The notes: generated by a model from the sequence alone, not told the origin. 64,000 nt of DNA from Candidatus Omnitrophota bacterium (GCA_030649895.1 JAUSEX010000040.1:16839-80838); one strand, 5' to 3'. Positions 19,865 through 29,526 are shown, numbered from the stretch's first letter. Translations and numbers: made by a program.

Positions 19865-22346
19865 GGGATTCTACTGTGTATCATTTATAATGGCTGTATT
19901 CATGGCGCTGGAGTGCCTGCCTTCCGTGGTTTTTGCGTCAGTGGACCCTTCTCTCTCAAGGACTGTTGTTGCGTCAAAGGTCAACCTTAGGAAATATTTT
20001 GAAGAGGCTATGTCCATGTTTGAATCAGGCAAATACAGGGAAGCTATTATGATATTTGAGAAATTGATTGAAACAGAGAAAGATGATAACCAATCGTATT
20101 TTACGCCTTTCGCGGAGATTTATATTGAAAAATCCAAAGCCCGCATGACAGAGTTGATGATCATGGAAGAAAAGAAATGGGAAAAGATGAAAAAAGACGT
20201 GGTGGGAGAGGCAGAGGCCCTGGCCAGGAAAGAAAGCGATAGGATCGTTCAGGAAGAGCAAGAAAAGAAAAGGGCGCTATTGGATTCAAGGAAAAAAGAA
20301 GTGTATGAAAAAGAGCAGAATATAAAGTCTACGTTTGACAAGGCAGTGGCATTTTACAAGTCCAAGGATTATCCTTTCAGTATAGTGGAGTTCAAGAAGG
20401 TAAAAGAGATGGATCCCGGCAGTCTGCTTGCCAGCCAGGCAGATTCTTATATACGCAATATGCAGCAGGAAATAAAGAAAAATCAGGAGAAGGTGCTTCT
20501 TGTGAAGATGGAAGAGGCAAGGCGCGCCAAGCTGGACATGGAAAGGGAAGCAGAACTCAATAGAGTAGAGCTGGCCAGAAAAGAAAAACAAAAAGAGGCG
20601 CTCAGGATGATGTTTGAGCGCAGGTTAAAGATCAAAGAAGCCAGGGACAGAGTGGCCAAGCTGGCGGATTCGATGGACAGCATAATAGGCAATATCAGGG
20701 AAAAAAGATTTGACGCGGCAGAGGCCCTGGTGGATAACGCAATGCAGGAATTTCCTGAAAATGAAAAATTTAAAGAGATATTGCATTATATAGATATGCA
20801 GAAACTGAAAGCCGAAGAGATTGCACTGAAGAAAGCCCGGGAGCTGACAGAAGAAAGGATGATGCTGGATGTTGCGAGAAAACATATACTGCCGGAAGAA
20901 AAAACAGCTAAGCTGGAAAACGAAAAAAAAATAAAGCCTATCATAAAAATCCCTGAGATAAGGAAGCGGTTAAAAATACCCATAAGCGTTGATTTTAAAG
21001 ACGTGGAGCTGGATTATGTTCTGGGTTTCCTGTCGGATACGACAGGTGTGAACATAGTGCCTTCAACGGAAATAGATATGGCTGATAAAAAAGTGAGCAT
21101 GAGGATAAAAGACATGCCTCTCGAAGAGGCGTTGAGGTATATATTGAAATCCCAGGACCTGGTTTACAGGATAGAAGAAGACGCTGTATGGGTGGCTACA
21201 AAGGATGAGATCTCTAACGAAAAGATAGACACGAGGGTATATTTTTTAAGCCAGGGCATAGGCAGATTTGCTGAGTTCGCGACCCAGTCTTCATCAATCG
21301 GGGAGACGGGAGAGAGCAAATCCAGCCCCGCTGCCTCTTCAGAAGTAAAGACTGTTAAAGATATCCTGGATAATGCGGTTGAATGGCCTAAGGACTCAAA
21401 ATTGACGCTTGATGAACGCACCGGCGCGCTTATAATAAGCAACACGCCGTCAAACCTGGAAACCATAGAGAATCTTTTATATAATCTGGATATAACTCCC
21501 ATGCAGGTTTTGATTGAGGCCAGATTTTTGGAAGTCAAGGTGAGCGACCTGGACGATATAGGGGTTGAGTGGAAACTGAATGGCATATGGGCTATGGATA
21601 AAAACAGGGCTGGAAATGATGTATATGGGGTTAGCCAAAATAGCGGGGTGGATTTTTCGAATTTCAGCCGCTCAGACGAAGGGTTTAACCTTACGTATCA
21701 GGGCATATTGAGTAATCCGCAGTTTCAGGCAGCGATGCACGCGCTTCAGGAAAAGCAGAATGTAAAAACATTATCCGCGCCAAGGATAACCACTCTTAAC
21801 AATCAGACAGCCACGATAGAAATAGTTGACGAATATATATATCCTACGAGATATGAAGCGAGTCTTGTCCAGTACGACATAAACGGGGATGGGGATTTCA
21901 ATGACGCCGGAGAGACGGAATGGGTGAACGTGCCGCAAGATTTTGTGACGAGAAACGTGGGTATACTTTTGCATGTTAAACCAAGCGTGGGAGCGGACAA
22001 AAAGAGCATCACGCTTGCGTTAACCCCTGAAGTCAGCGAAGACGCTGGGACTTTCACGTATTCTGGAAATGTCAGTATACCTAATTTTACTACCAGGAAC
22101 CTGAGCACAAGCGTAATGGTTAAAGATGGCGAGACAATAGTGCTTGGCGGGCTTATAAAAGAGACGAATACAACTGTGAAGACAAAGGTTCCGGTGCTTG
22201 GCAATATACCTTTTGTAGGCGGATTATTCAGAAAGAACACTGATTCCAAAGAAAGAAGGAATCTTTTAATATTCGTTACCGCCACTATTACAAACAAAGA
22301 AGAGAATAAAGTCGCAAGCGTTGAGACCCTGGAAGAGGGTTTTTAA
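19851..22346 (+). CDS. Secretin (PilQ/GspD family) with N-terminal TPR/coiled-coil extension
   Basis: STN-like SVDFKDVELDYVLGFLS, N3 LDERTGALII.NT, QVLIEARFLEV, LSAPRITTLNNQ.A, DGETIVLGGLI, KVPVLGNIPFVGGLFR. Confidence 0.9.
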   Translation: MKRNKGFYCVSFIMAVFMALECLPSVVFASVDPSLSRTVVASKVNLRKYFEEAMSMFESGKYREAIMIFEKLIETEKDDNQSYFTPFAEIYIEKSKARMTELMIMEEKKWEKMKKDVVGEAEALARKESDRIVQEEQEKKRALLDSRKKEVYEKEQNIKSTFDKAVAFYKSKDYPFSIVEFKKVKEMDPGSLLASQADSYIRNMQQEIKKNQEKVLLVKMEEARRAKLDMEREAELNRVELARKEKQKEALRMMFERRLKIKEARDRVAKLADSMDSIIGNIREKRFDAAEALVDNAMQEFPENEKFKEILHYIDMQKLKAEEIALKKARELTEERMMLDVARKHILPEEKTAKLENEKKIKPIIKIPEIRKRLKIPISVDFKDVELDYVLGFLSDTTGVNIVPSTEIDMADKKVSMRIKDMPLEEALRYILKSQDLVYRIEEDAVWVATKDEISNEKIDTRVYFLSQGIGRFAEFATQSSSIGETGESKSSPAASSEVKTVKDILDNAVEWPKDSKLTLDERTGALIISNTPSNLETIENLLYNLDITPMQVLIEARFLEVKVSDLDDIGVEWKLNGIWAMDKNRAGNDVYGVSQNSGVDFSNFSRSDEGFNLTYQGILSNPQFQAAMHALQEKQNVKTLSAPRITTLNNQTATIEIVDEYIYPTRYEASLVQYDINGDGDFNDAGETEWVNVPQDFVTRNVGILLHVKPSVGADKKSITLALTPEVSEDAGTFTYSGNVSIPNFTTRNLSTSVMVKDGETIVLGGLIKETNTTVKTKVPVLGNIPFVGGLFRKNTDSKERRNLLIFVTATITNKEENKVASVETLEEGF

Positions 22347-22355
22347 AACAGTAAA

Positions 22356-23864
22356 ATGGCCATGAATTTTATGATACGTATATTGTTATGCATAGTCTTA
22401 TTTTTAAGCCCCGGAGCTTGTTTTGCTTATGAGATGAAGTCTGTCAAGGGAGACAGCAGCGTCACCAGCGATAAGTCTAGCATTGTAGAAATCCCTGAGA
22501 TAAGAAAAAAGCTCAAGACGCCAATAACAGTGGACTTTATGGATGTGGGCCTTGACTATGTCATGGATTTTTTATCAGAGGCCACAGACGTTAATATAAT
22601 ACCAGGCAGCGGGGTAAAGCTTTCAGAAAAAAAGGTTACCATGAAGGTTAAAGATATGCCTCTGGAGAGCCTTTTGAAATATATATTCAGAAATCAGGGG
22701 CTTATATACAGGATTGAGAAAAATGCCGTATGGGTGGATACGATAGATAACATGGATAATGAAACTTCTGAGACCAGGATGTATTTTTTGGATCAGGGCC
22801 TTGCCATGTTCACGGAATTCAGCGGCGGCTCAGGCGAAGGAGGCGCTGCTATATCAAAAATAAAAACCATAAAGGACATACTTGAAAATGCGGTAGTATG
22901 GCCTTCTGATTCTAAGATCAACCTGGATGAACGCACCAGCGCTTTGATAGTGACAAATACGCCGTCCAATCTTAAGATTATAGAAGACATATTATATAAT
23001 CTGGATATCGATGCTACTCAGATCCTGGTGGAAGCGAGATTTGTTGAGGTAAACATCACTGACCTCAGCGAGTTAGGGGTGAATCTATCGTTGGACGGCC
23101 CGTGGGCCATAAATAAACAAGAAGTCAGCGGCACTGAAAATGGCGCGATTACTCAGGTAGGCTCGTCAAGCGGTTCAAGATTTTCAACATTTACAGGTTC
23201 GCCGGACGAAGGGCTGAACCTTACATATCAAGGTATATTGACAAGGCCGCAGTTTTCCGTAGTGCTGCACGCGCTTGATAAAAAGACAAATATAAAAACG
23301 CTTTCCGCTCCAAAAATAACTACATTGAATAATCAGACCGCTACCATAGAGATAGCCGATGAGTTTGTGTATCCTACGCGATATGAGCCGACCCTTGTAA
23401 AAGAGGATTTGAACGGAGACGAAGATTTTCTGGATACTGTAAATGGCGTCAAAGAGACTCGTTTTGTGAACGTGCCCCAGGGTTTTCAAACAAGGCCTAT
23501 CGGGATTTTATTGCATGTAACCCCGAGCGCTGGCAAAGATAAGGAGACGATAACATTAACCCTTAACCCTGAAGTCAGCGAGGCTACAGCCGATGCATTT
23601 CAATATAGCGGAGAAGTTAAGCTACCTAAATTTACCACCAGGAACCTCAGCACTAATATAGCTGTGCAAAACGGGGATACCGTGGTCCTGGGAGGGCTCA
23701 TAAAAGAATCAAGGACAAACACAAGGACAAAGGTGCCTTTTTTAGGGGACATACCTATATTGGGCATGCTTTTTAAGAAGGATTCGGACGGCACGACAAG
23801 AAAAAATCTTTTGATATTTGTCACAGCTACTATCTTGAGCCCGGAAGGAGAGAAGTTAAAATGA
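22356..23864 (+). CDS. Second secretin (PilQ/GspD family), paralog of the upstream gene
   Basis: Same secretin motifs (QILVEARFVEV, LSAPKITTLNNQ, KVPFLGDIPILGMLFK); colinear with the C-terminal ~470 aa of the upstream secretin. Confidence 0.9.
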   Translation: MAMNFMIRILLCIVLFLSPGACFAYEMKSVKGDSSVTSDKSSIVEIPEIRKKLKTPITVDFMDVGLDYVMDFLSEATDVNIIPGSGVKLSEKKVTMKVKDMPLESLLKYIFRNQGLIYRIEKNAVWVDTIDNMDNETSETRMYFLDQGLAMFTEFSGGSGEGGAAISKIKTIKDILENAVVWPSDSKINLDERTSALIVTNTPSNLKIIEDILYNLDIDATQILVEARFVEVNITDLSELGVNLSLDGPWAINKQEVSGTENGAITQVGSSSGSRFSTFTGSPDEGLNLTYQGILTRPQFSVVLHALDKKTNIKTLSAPKITTLNNQTATIEIADEFVYPTRYEPTLVKEDLNGDEDFLDTVNGVKETRFVNVPQGFQTRPIGILLHVTPSAGKDKETITLTLNPEVSEATADAFQYSGEVKLPKFTTRNLSTNIAVQNGDTVVLGGLIKESRTNTRTKVPFLGDIPILGMLFKKDSDGTTRKNLLIFVTATILSPEGEKLK

Positions 23865-24862
23865 GCATAAAAAATATTAAAGACGTGGCAAGGGAAGCCG
23901 GCGTGTCAATAGCTACTGTCTCAAGAGTTGTAAATAAATTAGGGTCTGTAAAAAAATATAACAAGGATAAGGTGGAGCTGGCTATTAAGAAATTAAAATT
24001 CAGGCCCAATATGAGCGCCCAGCGCCTTGCGTCAAAACATAACAATAATATAATAGGCCTTGTCATACCCAGATACACTGATATATTTCATTCGTTTTAC
24101 GCTCTTCAGATATTGCAGGGCGTAGGGGTTGAGGTGGAACGCATGAAGATGGACTTGTTGCTGCACGTTACCAACGGAAGCTCGTTTTTAAATATCTCCA
24201 GCGTGGAGGGAGTGATATTTTCTGATATTATAGGCAATGAGGATCAGGTAGATGGGGTGATCGAGGCAGGGCTTCCATGCGTTATAATGAATTATGACAC
24301 CAAAGATCTTCCTGTAACATGTATATCAATAGACAATTTTAACGCAGCCAGCAACGCGATTAATTATCTTGTAAAATTAGGGCATTCCAGGATAGCTACT
24401 ATTACAGGCGCCCTGAAGACGCAAGTGGCGATAGACAGGTTAAATGGTTATTTGACAGCGCTGGAAAAAAATAAGATCGATAAGAAAAAGGATTATATAA
24501 AATACGGAGATTTCGGAAGAGAATCCGCGCGGACCCTGACAAAGGATCTTATAAAGATGAAGTGCCCGCCTACCGCGATATTTGCCGCGAGCGATGAGAT
24601 GGCGGTAGGGGCTATGCAGGTATGTTTGGAAAACGGCGTCAGCGTGCCGGGAGATATGTCAATTATAGGATTTGACGATAACCCGCTGGCGCTGAGTTAC
24701 AGCCCTTTGCCTCTTACGACCATAAGACAGCCTTTGCATAAAATGGCCTTGATTGCCACGCAGACGCTTAACCAGATTATCCAGAAAAAAATAAGATCTA
24801 ATAAAAGAATTGTGCTCTCTACGGAGCTGGTGGAAAGAAGTTCCTGCCGGGCGTTGGCTTGA
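23861..24862 (+). CDS. LacI-family transcriptional regulator
   Basis: IKDVAREAGVSIATVSRVVN HTH; PTAIFAASDEMA, GFDD, LTTIRQP. Confidence 0.95.
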   Translation: MSIKNIKDVAREAGVSIATVSRVVNKLGSVKKYNKDKVELAIKKLKFRPNMSAQRLASKHNNNIIGLVIPRYTDIFHSFYALQILQGVGVEVERMKMDLLLHVTNGSSFLNISSVEGVIFSDIIGNEDQVDGVIEAGLPCVIMNYDTKDLPVTCISIDNFNAASNAINYLVKLGHSRIATITGALKTQVAIDRLNGYLTALEKNKIDKKKDYIKYGDFGRESARTLTKDLIKMKCPPTAIFAASDEMAVGAMQVCLENGVSVPGDMSIIGFDDNPLALSYSPLPLTTIRQPLHKMALIATQTLNQIIQKKIRSNKRIVLSTELVERSSCRALA

Positions 24863-24918
24863 TAATAATCGCGGAACCACGCGGAAGCCATGCTTAAATT
24901 TCGCATGGTTTCGCGATT
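24863..24918. repeat. ATCGCGGAAC...TTTCGCGAT hairpin repeat (family C, copy 1)
   Basis: TAATAATCGCGGAACYAYGCGGAAGC shared with 51766-51791; folds back on TTCGCATGGTTTCGCGATT. Confidence 0.7.
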
Positions 24919-24934
24919 GACAAAAGGGGCAATT

Positions 24935-25177
24935 ATGTTAAAAAAGGCTTTTATGTTTTTTATAGGATTTCTATGCGCTTGGATTATTTTTTCGATGGGA
25001 ATAAAAAAAGGCGTATGTCAGGTAAACACGCCGTCTAATATTTATTTTTCCGGGGATAGCACTAATATCTATTTTTTTGACAAGGACGAATTTAAGATAT
25101 ATAAGTACAATACGCAAGGCAAACTAACCCGCACCTATACAGTCAAAGAATTAGGAAAAGACTTTCTGTTGAAATAA
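24935..25177 (+). CDS. Small exported/membrane hypothetical protein
   Basis: AGGGG RBS; hydrophobic N-terminus; short beta-rich segment IYFFDKDEFKIYKY. Confidence 0.55.
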   Translation: MLKKAFMFFIGFLCAWIIFSMGIKKGVCQVNTPSNIYFSGDSTNIYFFDKDEFKIYKYNTQGKLTRTYTVKELGKDFLLK

Positions 25178-25178
25178 C

Positions 25179-26450
25179 GTGTTTCATTTACTCGTATCAG
25201 ATAAATCAGGCAAGATATTCGATATTCCAGAGCTGGAAGCCGCAGGGATGAAGGCAGGTCATTTTTTCAAGCCCGACAGAGAAGAATTTATTAAACTTCC
25301 GGAAGCCAGCAAACTTTTTATGCTGCCTGAAAGAATACCTGTGGGATACGATAGTATTAGCGGAAAATGCAGGGCGCTGGAAAATTATTTTGCGGTAGCC
25401 GCGTTTATAGCGCCGGGATTTACAGGCACTTATAGCGCTGCTCATGAACTTATCCGACTCCGTGAGTCGCCGTACGGCGACTCACGGAGTCGGAATAAGG
25501 CGCTCCCGCTTTTCTGTTACACCGCAGCTGGTTTTTATAAAGGGGATATCTATGTTGCTGCAGTCAGGGTAGACAGGTCAAGCAGGCATGATCCGAGACT
25601 CATAAATATCAAACTCGTAGCTAAAAATATAATAAAAATAAAAAAGTTATTTCCCGCTAACAGGCTTATCAGGCATCTAGAAGGCTGCGCTATGATCCAT
25701 GGCTGTCCAGGCGCGCAGAATTTTTTCTTATCAAGAGAGGAATGCCCTTTACCCGTATCTCCTTCCTGCAACGCAAGCTGCGCAGGATGTATCTCATTAA
25801 AGACGCAGCCAAGGATAAAATTTACGCCTTCTCCGGAAGAAATAGCAGAGACAGCTTTATTTTATATTCGTAATGTTACAGCAGGGGGCGGTCGCAACCG
25901 CCCCCTGCTTAGTTTCGGCCAGGGATGCGAAGGCGAACCTTTGATGGAGGCTGATTTAATTGAAAAATCAATAAGGTTGATCAGAGGCAAAACCGATAAG
26001 GGCGCTATAAATATCAATACAAACGCCTCTAGGCATGAGGCGATAGCCAGGCTGTTTGATGCGGGGCTGGATAGCATCAGGGTCAGCATGAATAGCGCCA
26101 GGAAAGAATATTACGAAAGGTATTATAAACCCAGGGGGTATGGTTTTGAGGATGTATTATCGTCTATAAGAATAGCTAAACAGAAAAAAGGTTTTGTGTC
26201 AATTAATTATTTAACTATGCCTGGGTTTACGGATTCTGAGGATGAATTTGCAGCGTTTAAGAAATTTATAGAGGCTTACAGGATAGATATGATCCAATGG
26301 CGCAACCTGAATTTTGACCCTCTTCATTACTTTAAGATCATGAAATACTATGGCCGGCCTTCTGCCATGATAGGCGTCAGGCAATTGATAGTCTCCCTGA
26401 AAAAATCTTTCCCCGCCCTCAAGATGGGCTACTATAACCCGTTTTTATAA
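25179..26450 (+). CDS. Radical SAM protein (SFGQGCEGEP-type) carrying two in-frame palindromic insertions
   Basis: CNASCAGC (CxxxCxxC), SFGQGCEGEPL, NINTNAS, GLDSIRVS.NS, MIQWRNLN.DP. Confidence 0.85.
   Translation: MFHLLVSDKSGKIFDIPELEAAGMKAGHFFKPDREEFIKLPEASKLFMLPERIPVGYDSISGKCRALENYFAVAAFIAPGFTGTYSAAHELIRLRESPYGDSRSRNKALPLFCYTAAGFYKGDIYVAAVRVDRSSRHDPRLINIKLVAKNIIKIKKLFPANRLIRHLEGCAMIHGCPGAQNFFLSREECPLPVSPSCNASCAGCISLKTQPRIKFTPSPEEIAETALFYIRNVTAGGGRNRPLLSFGQGCEGEPLMEADLIEKSIRLIRGKTDKGAININTNASRHEAIARLFDAGLDSIRVSMNSARKEYYERYYKPRGYGFEDVLSSIRIAKQKKGFVSINYLTMPGFTDSEDEFAAFKKFIEAYRIDMIQWRNLNFDPLHYFKIMKYYGRPSAMIGVRQLIVSLKKSFPALKMGYYNPFL
25453..25494. repeat. Perfect 42-bp palindrome (family B, copy 1), in-frame in CDS
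   Basis: TCCGACTCCGTGAGTCGCCGT|ACGGCGACTCACGGAGTCGGA. Confidence 0.9.
25880..25909. repeat. 30-bp REP-like hairpin in-frame in the radical SAM CDS
   Basis: AGCAGGGGGCGGT-CGCA-ACCGCCCCCTGCT. Confidence 0.8.
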
Positions 26451-26509
26451 AAAGCTATTATTATATTAATTGATTTTTCCATATATATAATGTTATAATC
26501 TAGAGACAT

Positions 26510-27451
26510 ATGAAAAAACTAGCTATAGTTGCTATATTTATATTATGCGTGATGGCTGGGCCTGCGTTTGGGTATTGGATATGGACTCCTGAGAACGGCA
26601 AGTGGGAGAACCCTAAACATGCTGCCAAGGACACCCCTGAAGATCAGATGATGTACGCTAAAGAGCTTTACGAGGCTAAAAATACCAAAGATGCGCTCAG
26701 AGAGTTTAAGAAATTATTAAAATATTACCCTCTTTCAAAAGAAGCGCCTACGGCGCAGTATTATGTGGGTTGCATAATGGAAGACATGGATAATTTTTAC
26801 GAGGCATTCAAGGCGTACCAGAAGGTTATAGACACCTATCCTTATACTGAATTGGTAGACGATGTAATAGAAAGGGAATATAAAATAGCCGATGCGTTCT
26901 TTTCAGGCAAAAAGATAAAGATTGTAGGTAAATGGCAGATGCCCGCAAAAGACAAGGCGATAGAAATATTTAAGGCAGTGGCTGACAATGCGCCGTACGG
27001 CAAGTACGCAGACATTGCCAGGTTTAAGGCTGGGATGGCGTATAAAGATATCCAGGATTATGATAGCGCTATACTTATGTTTAAGGATCTAATAGACAGG
27101 TACCCGAATAGCCCTGTAATTGACAAGGCGAGGTTTCAGATGGCAGAATGCTCCAAGCTTTTATCTGTAAAGCCGGAATATGACCAGACTCCCACTAATC
27201 TTGCGCGTAAAGAATTTGAGGATTTTTTAGATAAACATCCTGATAGCGTTATGGCGCCTGACGCCAGGCAGGTTGTGGATAAGCTAAAGTCGCGGGAAGC
27301 GGAAAACGCATATGAAACAGGTAAATTTTATGAAGCGCGTAAAGCGCCTGAAAGCGCTATAATATACTATAAAGATATAATTCAAAATTACCCAGATACG
27401 GAATGGGTAAAAAAAGCGCAGGAGAGGCTTAATGAACTGGAAAAGAAATAA
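26510..27451 (+). CDS. bamD: Outer membrane protein assembly factor BamD (TPR)
   Basis: TPR repeats with YP.S, YDQTPT..A..EF..F...HPDS, GKFYE...SA.IYY..II.NYPDT. Confidence 0.8.
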   Translation: MKKLAIVAIFILCVMAGPAFGYWIWTPENGKWENPKHAAKDTPEDQMMYAKELYEAKNTKDALREFKKLLKYYPLSKEAPTAQYYVGCIMEDMDNFYEAFKAYQKVIDTYPYTELVDDVIEREYKIADAFFSGKKIKIVGKWQMPAKDKAIEIFKAVADNAPYGKYADIARFKAGMAYKDIQDYDSAILMFKDLIDRYPNSPVIDKARFQMAECSKLLSVKPEYDQTPTNLARKEFEDFLDKHPDSVMAPDARQVVDKLKSREAENAYETGKFYEARKAPESAIIYYKDIIQNYPDTEWVKKAQERLNELEKK

Positions 27452-28037
27452 AGCTTTATTGTTTAAGCGGGTCTGTCGAAGACAGTTTTGCCGAGAACTT
27501 CTCGACCTTGCTCGAGGTTTATTATTAGTTATATTTTTGCTTGCTTTCGCAGGCTGCGGCTATACCGCAAAGACTATCTTCCCGAATAATATAAAGACGG
27601 TCCATGTGGATATGTTCAAAAATAATATAGATATAACCAAAGAGGTCAGCGCAAAGGATAACTACGAGGTCTACAGGCCAAACCTGGAAATGGATTTGAG
27701 GGACGTGATCGTGAACAGGATTTTTCTAGACGGTAATTTTAAAGTGGCTGATAAAGATTCCGCAGACGCGGTGTTGGAAGGCGAGATCCTGCAATACAGA
27801 AAAGATCCATTGAGGTATCAGGATGAGGTTGCGCAGGAATACCGGATTAGCCTTATATGCGATGTTAAGCTGATAAACCAAAAAGACTCTTCTATTTTAT
27901 TTGAAGAAGAAAATATAACAGGCGATACCACATATTTTACAACCGGCGCTCTTCAGAAAACAGAGACATCCGCTCTGAATGACGCGATGCTGGACCTTGC
28001 AAGGCGGGTCGTTAACAAGATCATAGAAAATTGGTAG
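27432..28037 (+). CDS. lptE: LPS assembly lipoprotein LptE
   Basis: Lipobox FAG|CGY; ADAVLEGEI..Y; bamD-lptE-holA context. Confidence 0.75.
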   Translation: MNWKRNKALLFKRVCRRQFCRELLDLARGLLLVIFLLAFAGCGYTAKTIFPNNIKTVHVDMFKNNIDITKEVSAKDNYEVYRPNLEMDLRDVIVNRIFLDGNFKVADKDSADAVLEGEILQYRKDPLRYQDEVAQEYRISLICDVKLINQKDSSILFEEENITGDTTYFTTGALQKTETSALNDAMLDLARRVVNKIIENW

Positions 28038-28137
28038 AATACAAGCCCAAGATTAAAAACTTTGTTTTTGAGTTTTGGTCTTCACCTTTTTACTTTCGAT
28101 CTTTTACTTAACAAGTTTACTTATCATTTAATTTTAT

Positions 28138-29103
28138 ATGCCCACCAAAGAGCTTACCTCGTATCTTTTCTTAGGGGAAGAGGATTTCTTAAAAGAGACA
28201 GAGCTTAAAAAATTAAAGTCCAGATTCCTGGAAAACTCCACCAGGGATTTGAACTATAATGTCTTTTACGCGAAAGACAAAGACTTCAAACTTAAAGAGG
28301 CGCTGGATATCCTGAACACGACGCCTTTCGTATCTCCCAAAAGGTTTGTGATCTTGAAAGACACTGACAGCCTTTCCGCCAGCGATAAAGAATCAGTGCT
28401 TTTTTATCTGAAGAATCCCAAAGAAAGCTCTATTTTTATAATAGATTCAAAATCATCCAAGATAAAAGAAGGGTTTATGTTAGAGGCGTCCAAGCTCACA
28501 AAGCTTATACGCTCCGACAGGCTTATGGATTCTGAAATCAATGCCTGGATTTTAAAGAGAACCCTGGCGGCCGGGAAGAAAATAAGCGTTGAAGCCGTTA
28601 ACCTGATAAAAGAAAATCTCCCCAATGATTTGAACATACTTTGTTCCAGCGTAGACACCCTTATTCTATACGCAGGCAAAAGGCCTGATATAACAAAACA
28701 GGATGTTGAGAAGATAATATACGTCGCGCCTCTTAAAACCAGTTTTGACCTGCTGGACGCTATAGAAAAAAAAGACGTGAAAAAGGCCATGAATATTTTT
28801 GCAAGTATCCAGAAATACAAAAGAAGGGAAACAGAGCTTTTGTTGGGGCTTTTATCCTGGCAGTTCAGGATGCTATTGAGAGTGAAGGAACTTCTTAAAA
28901 TAAGAAATAAACCGGAGATACAGAAAGAATTAAACCTGTATAGCTCGAAGTTTGATCAGATTGCGCGTTACGCAGCCAGGTTTAAAAGGCAGGAGATAGT
29001 CAGGGTTTTAGATGAGATATTAAAGGCGGACAGCGATATCAAGACAGGGGAGTCGTTGCCTAAGTTTGCGCTGGAGAAATTAATATTTAAGATGTGCTTA
29101 TGA
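28138..29103 (+). CDS. holA: DNA polymerase III subunit delta
   Basis: YLFLGEEDFL, TTPF.S.KR.VILK, ILKAD..IKTG. Confidence 0.9.
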   Translation: MPTKELTSYLFLGEEDFLKETELKKLKSRFLENSTRDLNYNVFYAKDKDFKLKEALDILNTTPFVSPKRFVILKDTDSLSASDKESVLFYLKNPKESSIFIIDSKSSKIKEGFMLEASKLTKLIRSDRLMDSEINAWILKRTLAAGKKISVEAVNLIKENLPNDLNILCSSVDTLILYAGKRPDITKQDVEKIIYVAPLKTSFDLLDAIEKKDVKKAMNIFASIQKYKRRETELLLGLLSWQFRMLLRVKELLKIRNKPEIQKELNLYSSKFDQIARYAARFKRQEIVRVLDEILKADSDIKTGESLPKFALEKLIFKMCL

Positions 29104-29126
29104 TCGGCGCCACGTCCCGGTCGCAG

Positions 29127-29387
29127 CTATGCAACTTTTAATTTTTTCATCAAGCGGGAAATTTTACGTGAGGCGGTATTTTTAGGGATAATGCCTTTTG
29201 ATTGCGCCTTGTCAAGCTGGGATATCAGATAGGCGAGTTGTTTTTTAGCCTCTTCCGTTTTCTTGGAAGAGATAAGGTCTAAAAATTTCTTCGTCTCTGT
29301 CTTGAGCTCGGATTTTACGGATTGGTTGCGTAGGCCCCTTTTGGCGCTTTGTTTTATATCTTTATAAGATGCGTGTAAAATTGGCAT
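29127..29387 (-). CDS. rpsT: 30S ribosomal protein S20
   Basis: RN..VKSELKT..KK, LDKA.SKGII.KNTASRKISRL; GGAG RBS. Confidence 0.95.
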   Translation of the reverse strand: MPILHASYKDIKQSAKRGLRNQSVKSELKTETKKFLDLISSKKTEEAKKQLAYLISQLDKAQSKGIIPKNTASRKISRLMKKLKVA

Positions 29388-29526
29388 ATATTGCTCCTTT
29401 TTGTGTGAAGAATAAAATAACATATGCTGTTAATTATGTCAAGGGATAATAGTTGCGTTATATTTCTTTCTGGTAGGCTGCCTGTCAAAAGAGCAATAAA
29501 GAAGCAGCGCAGGAAAGCATTGCATA

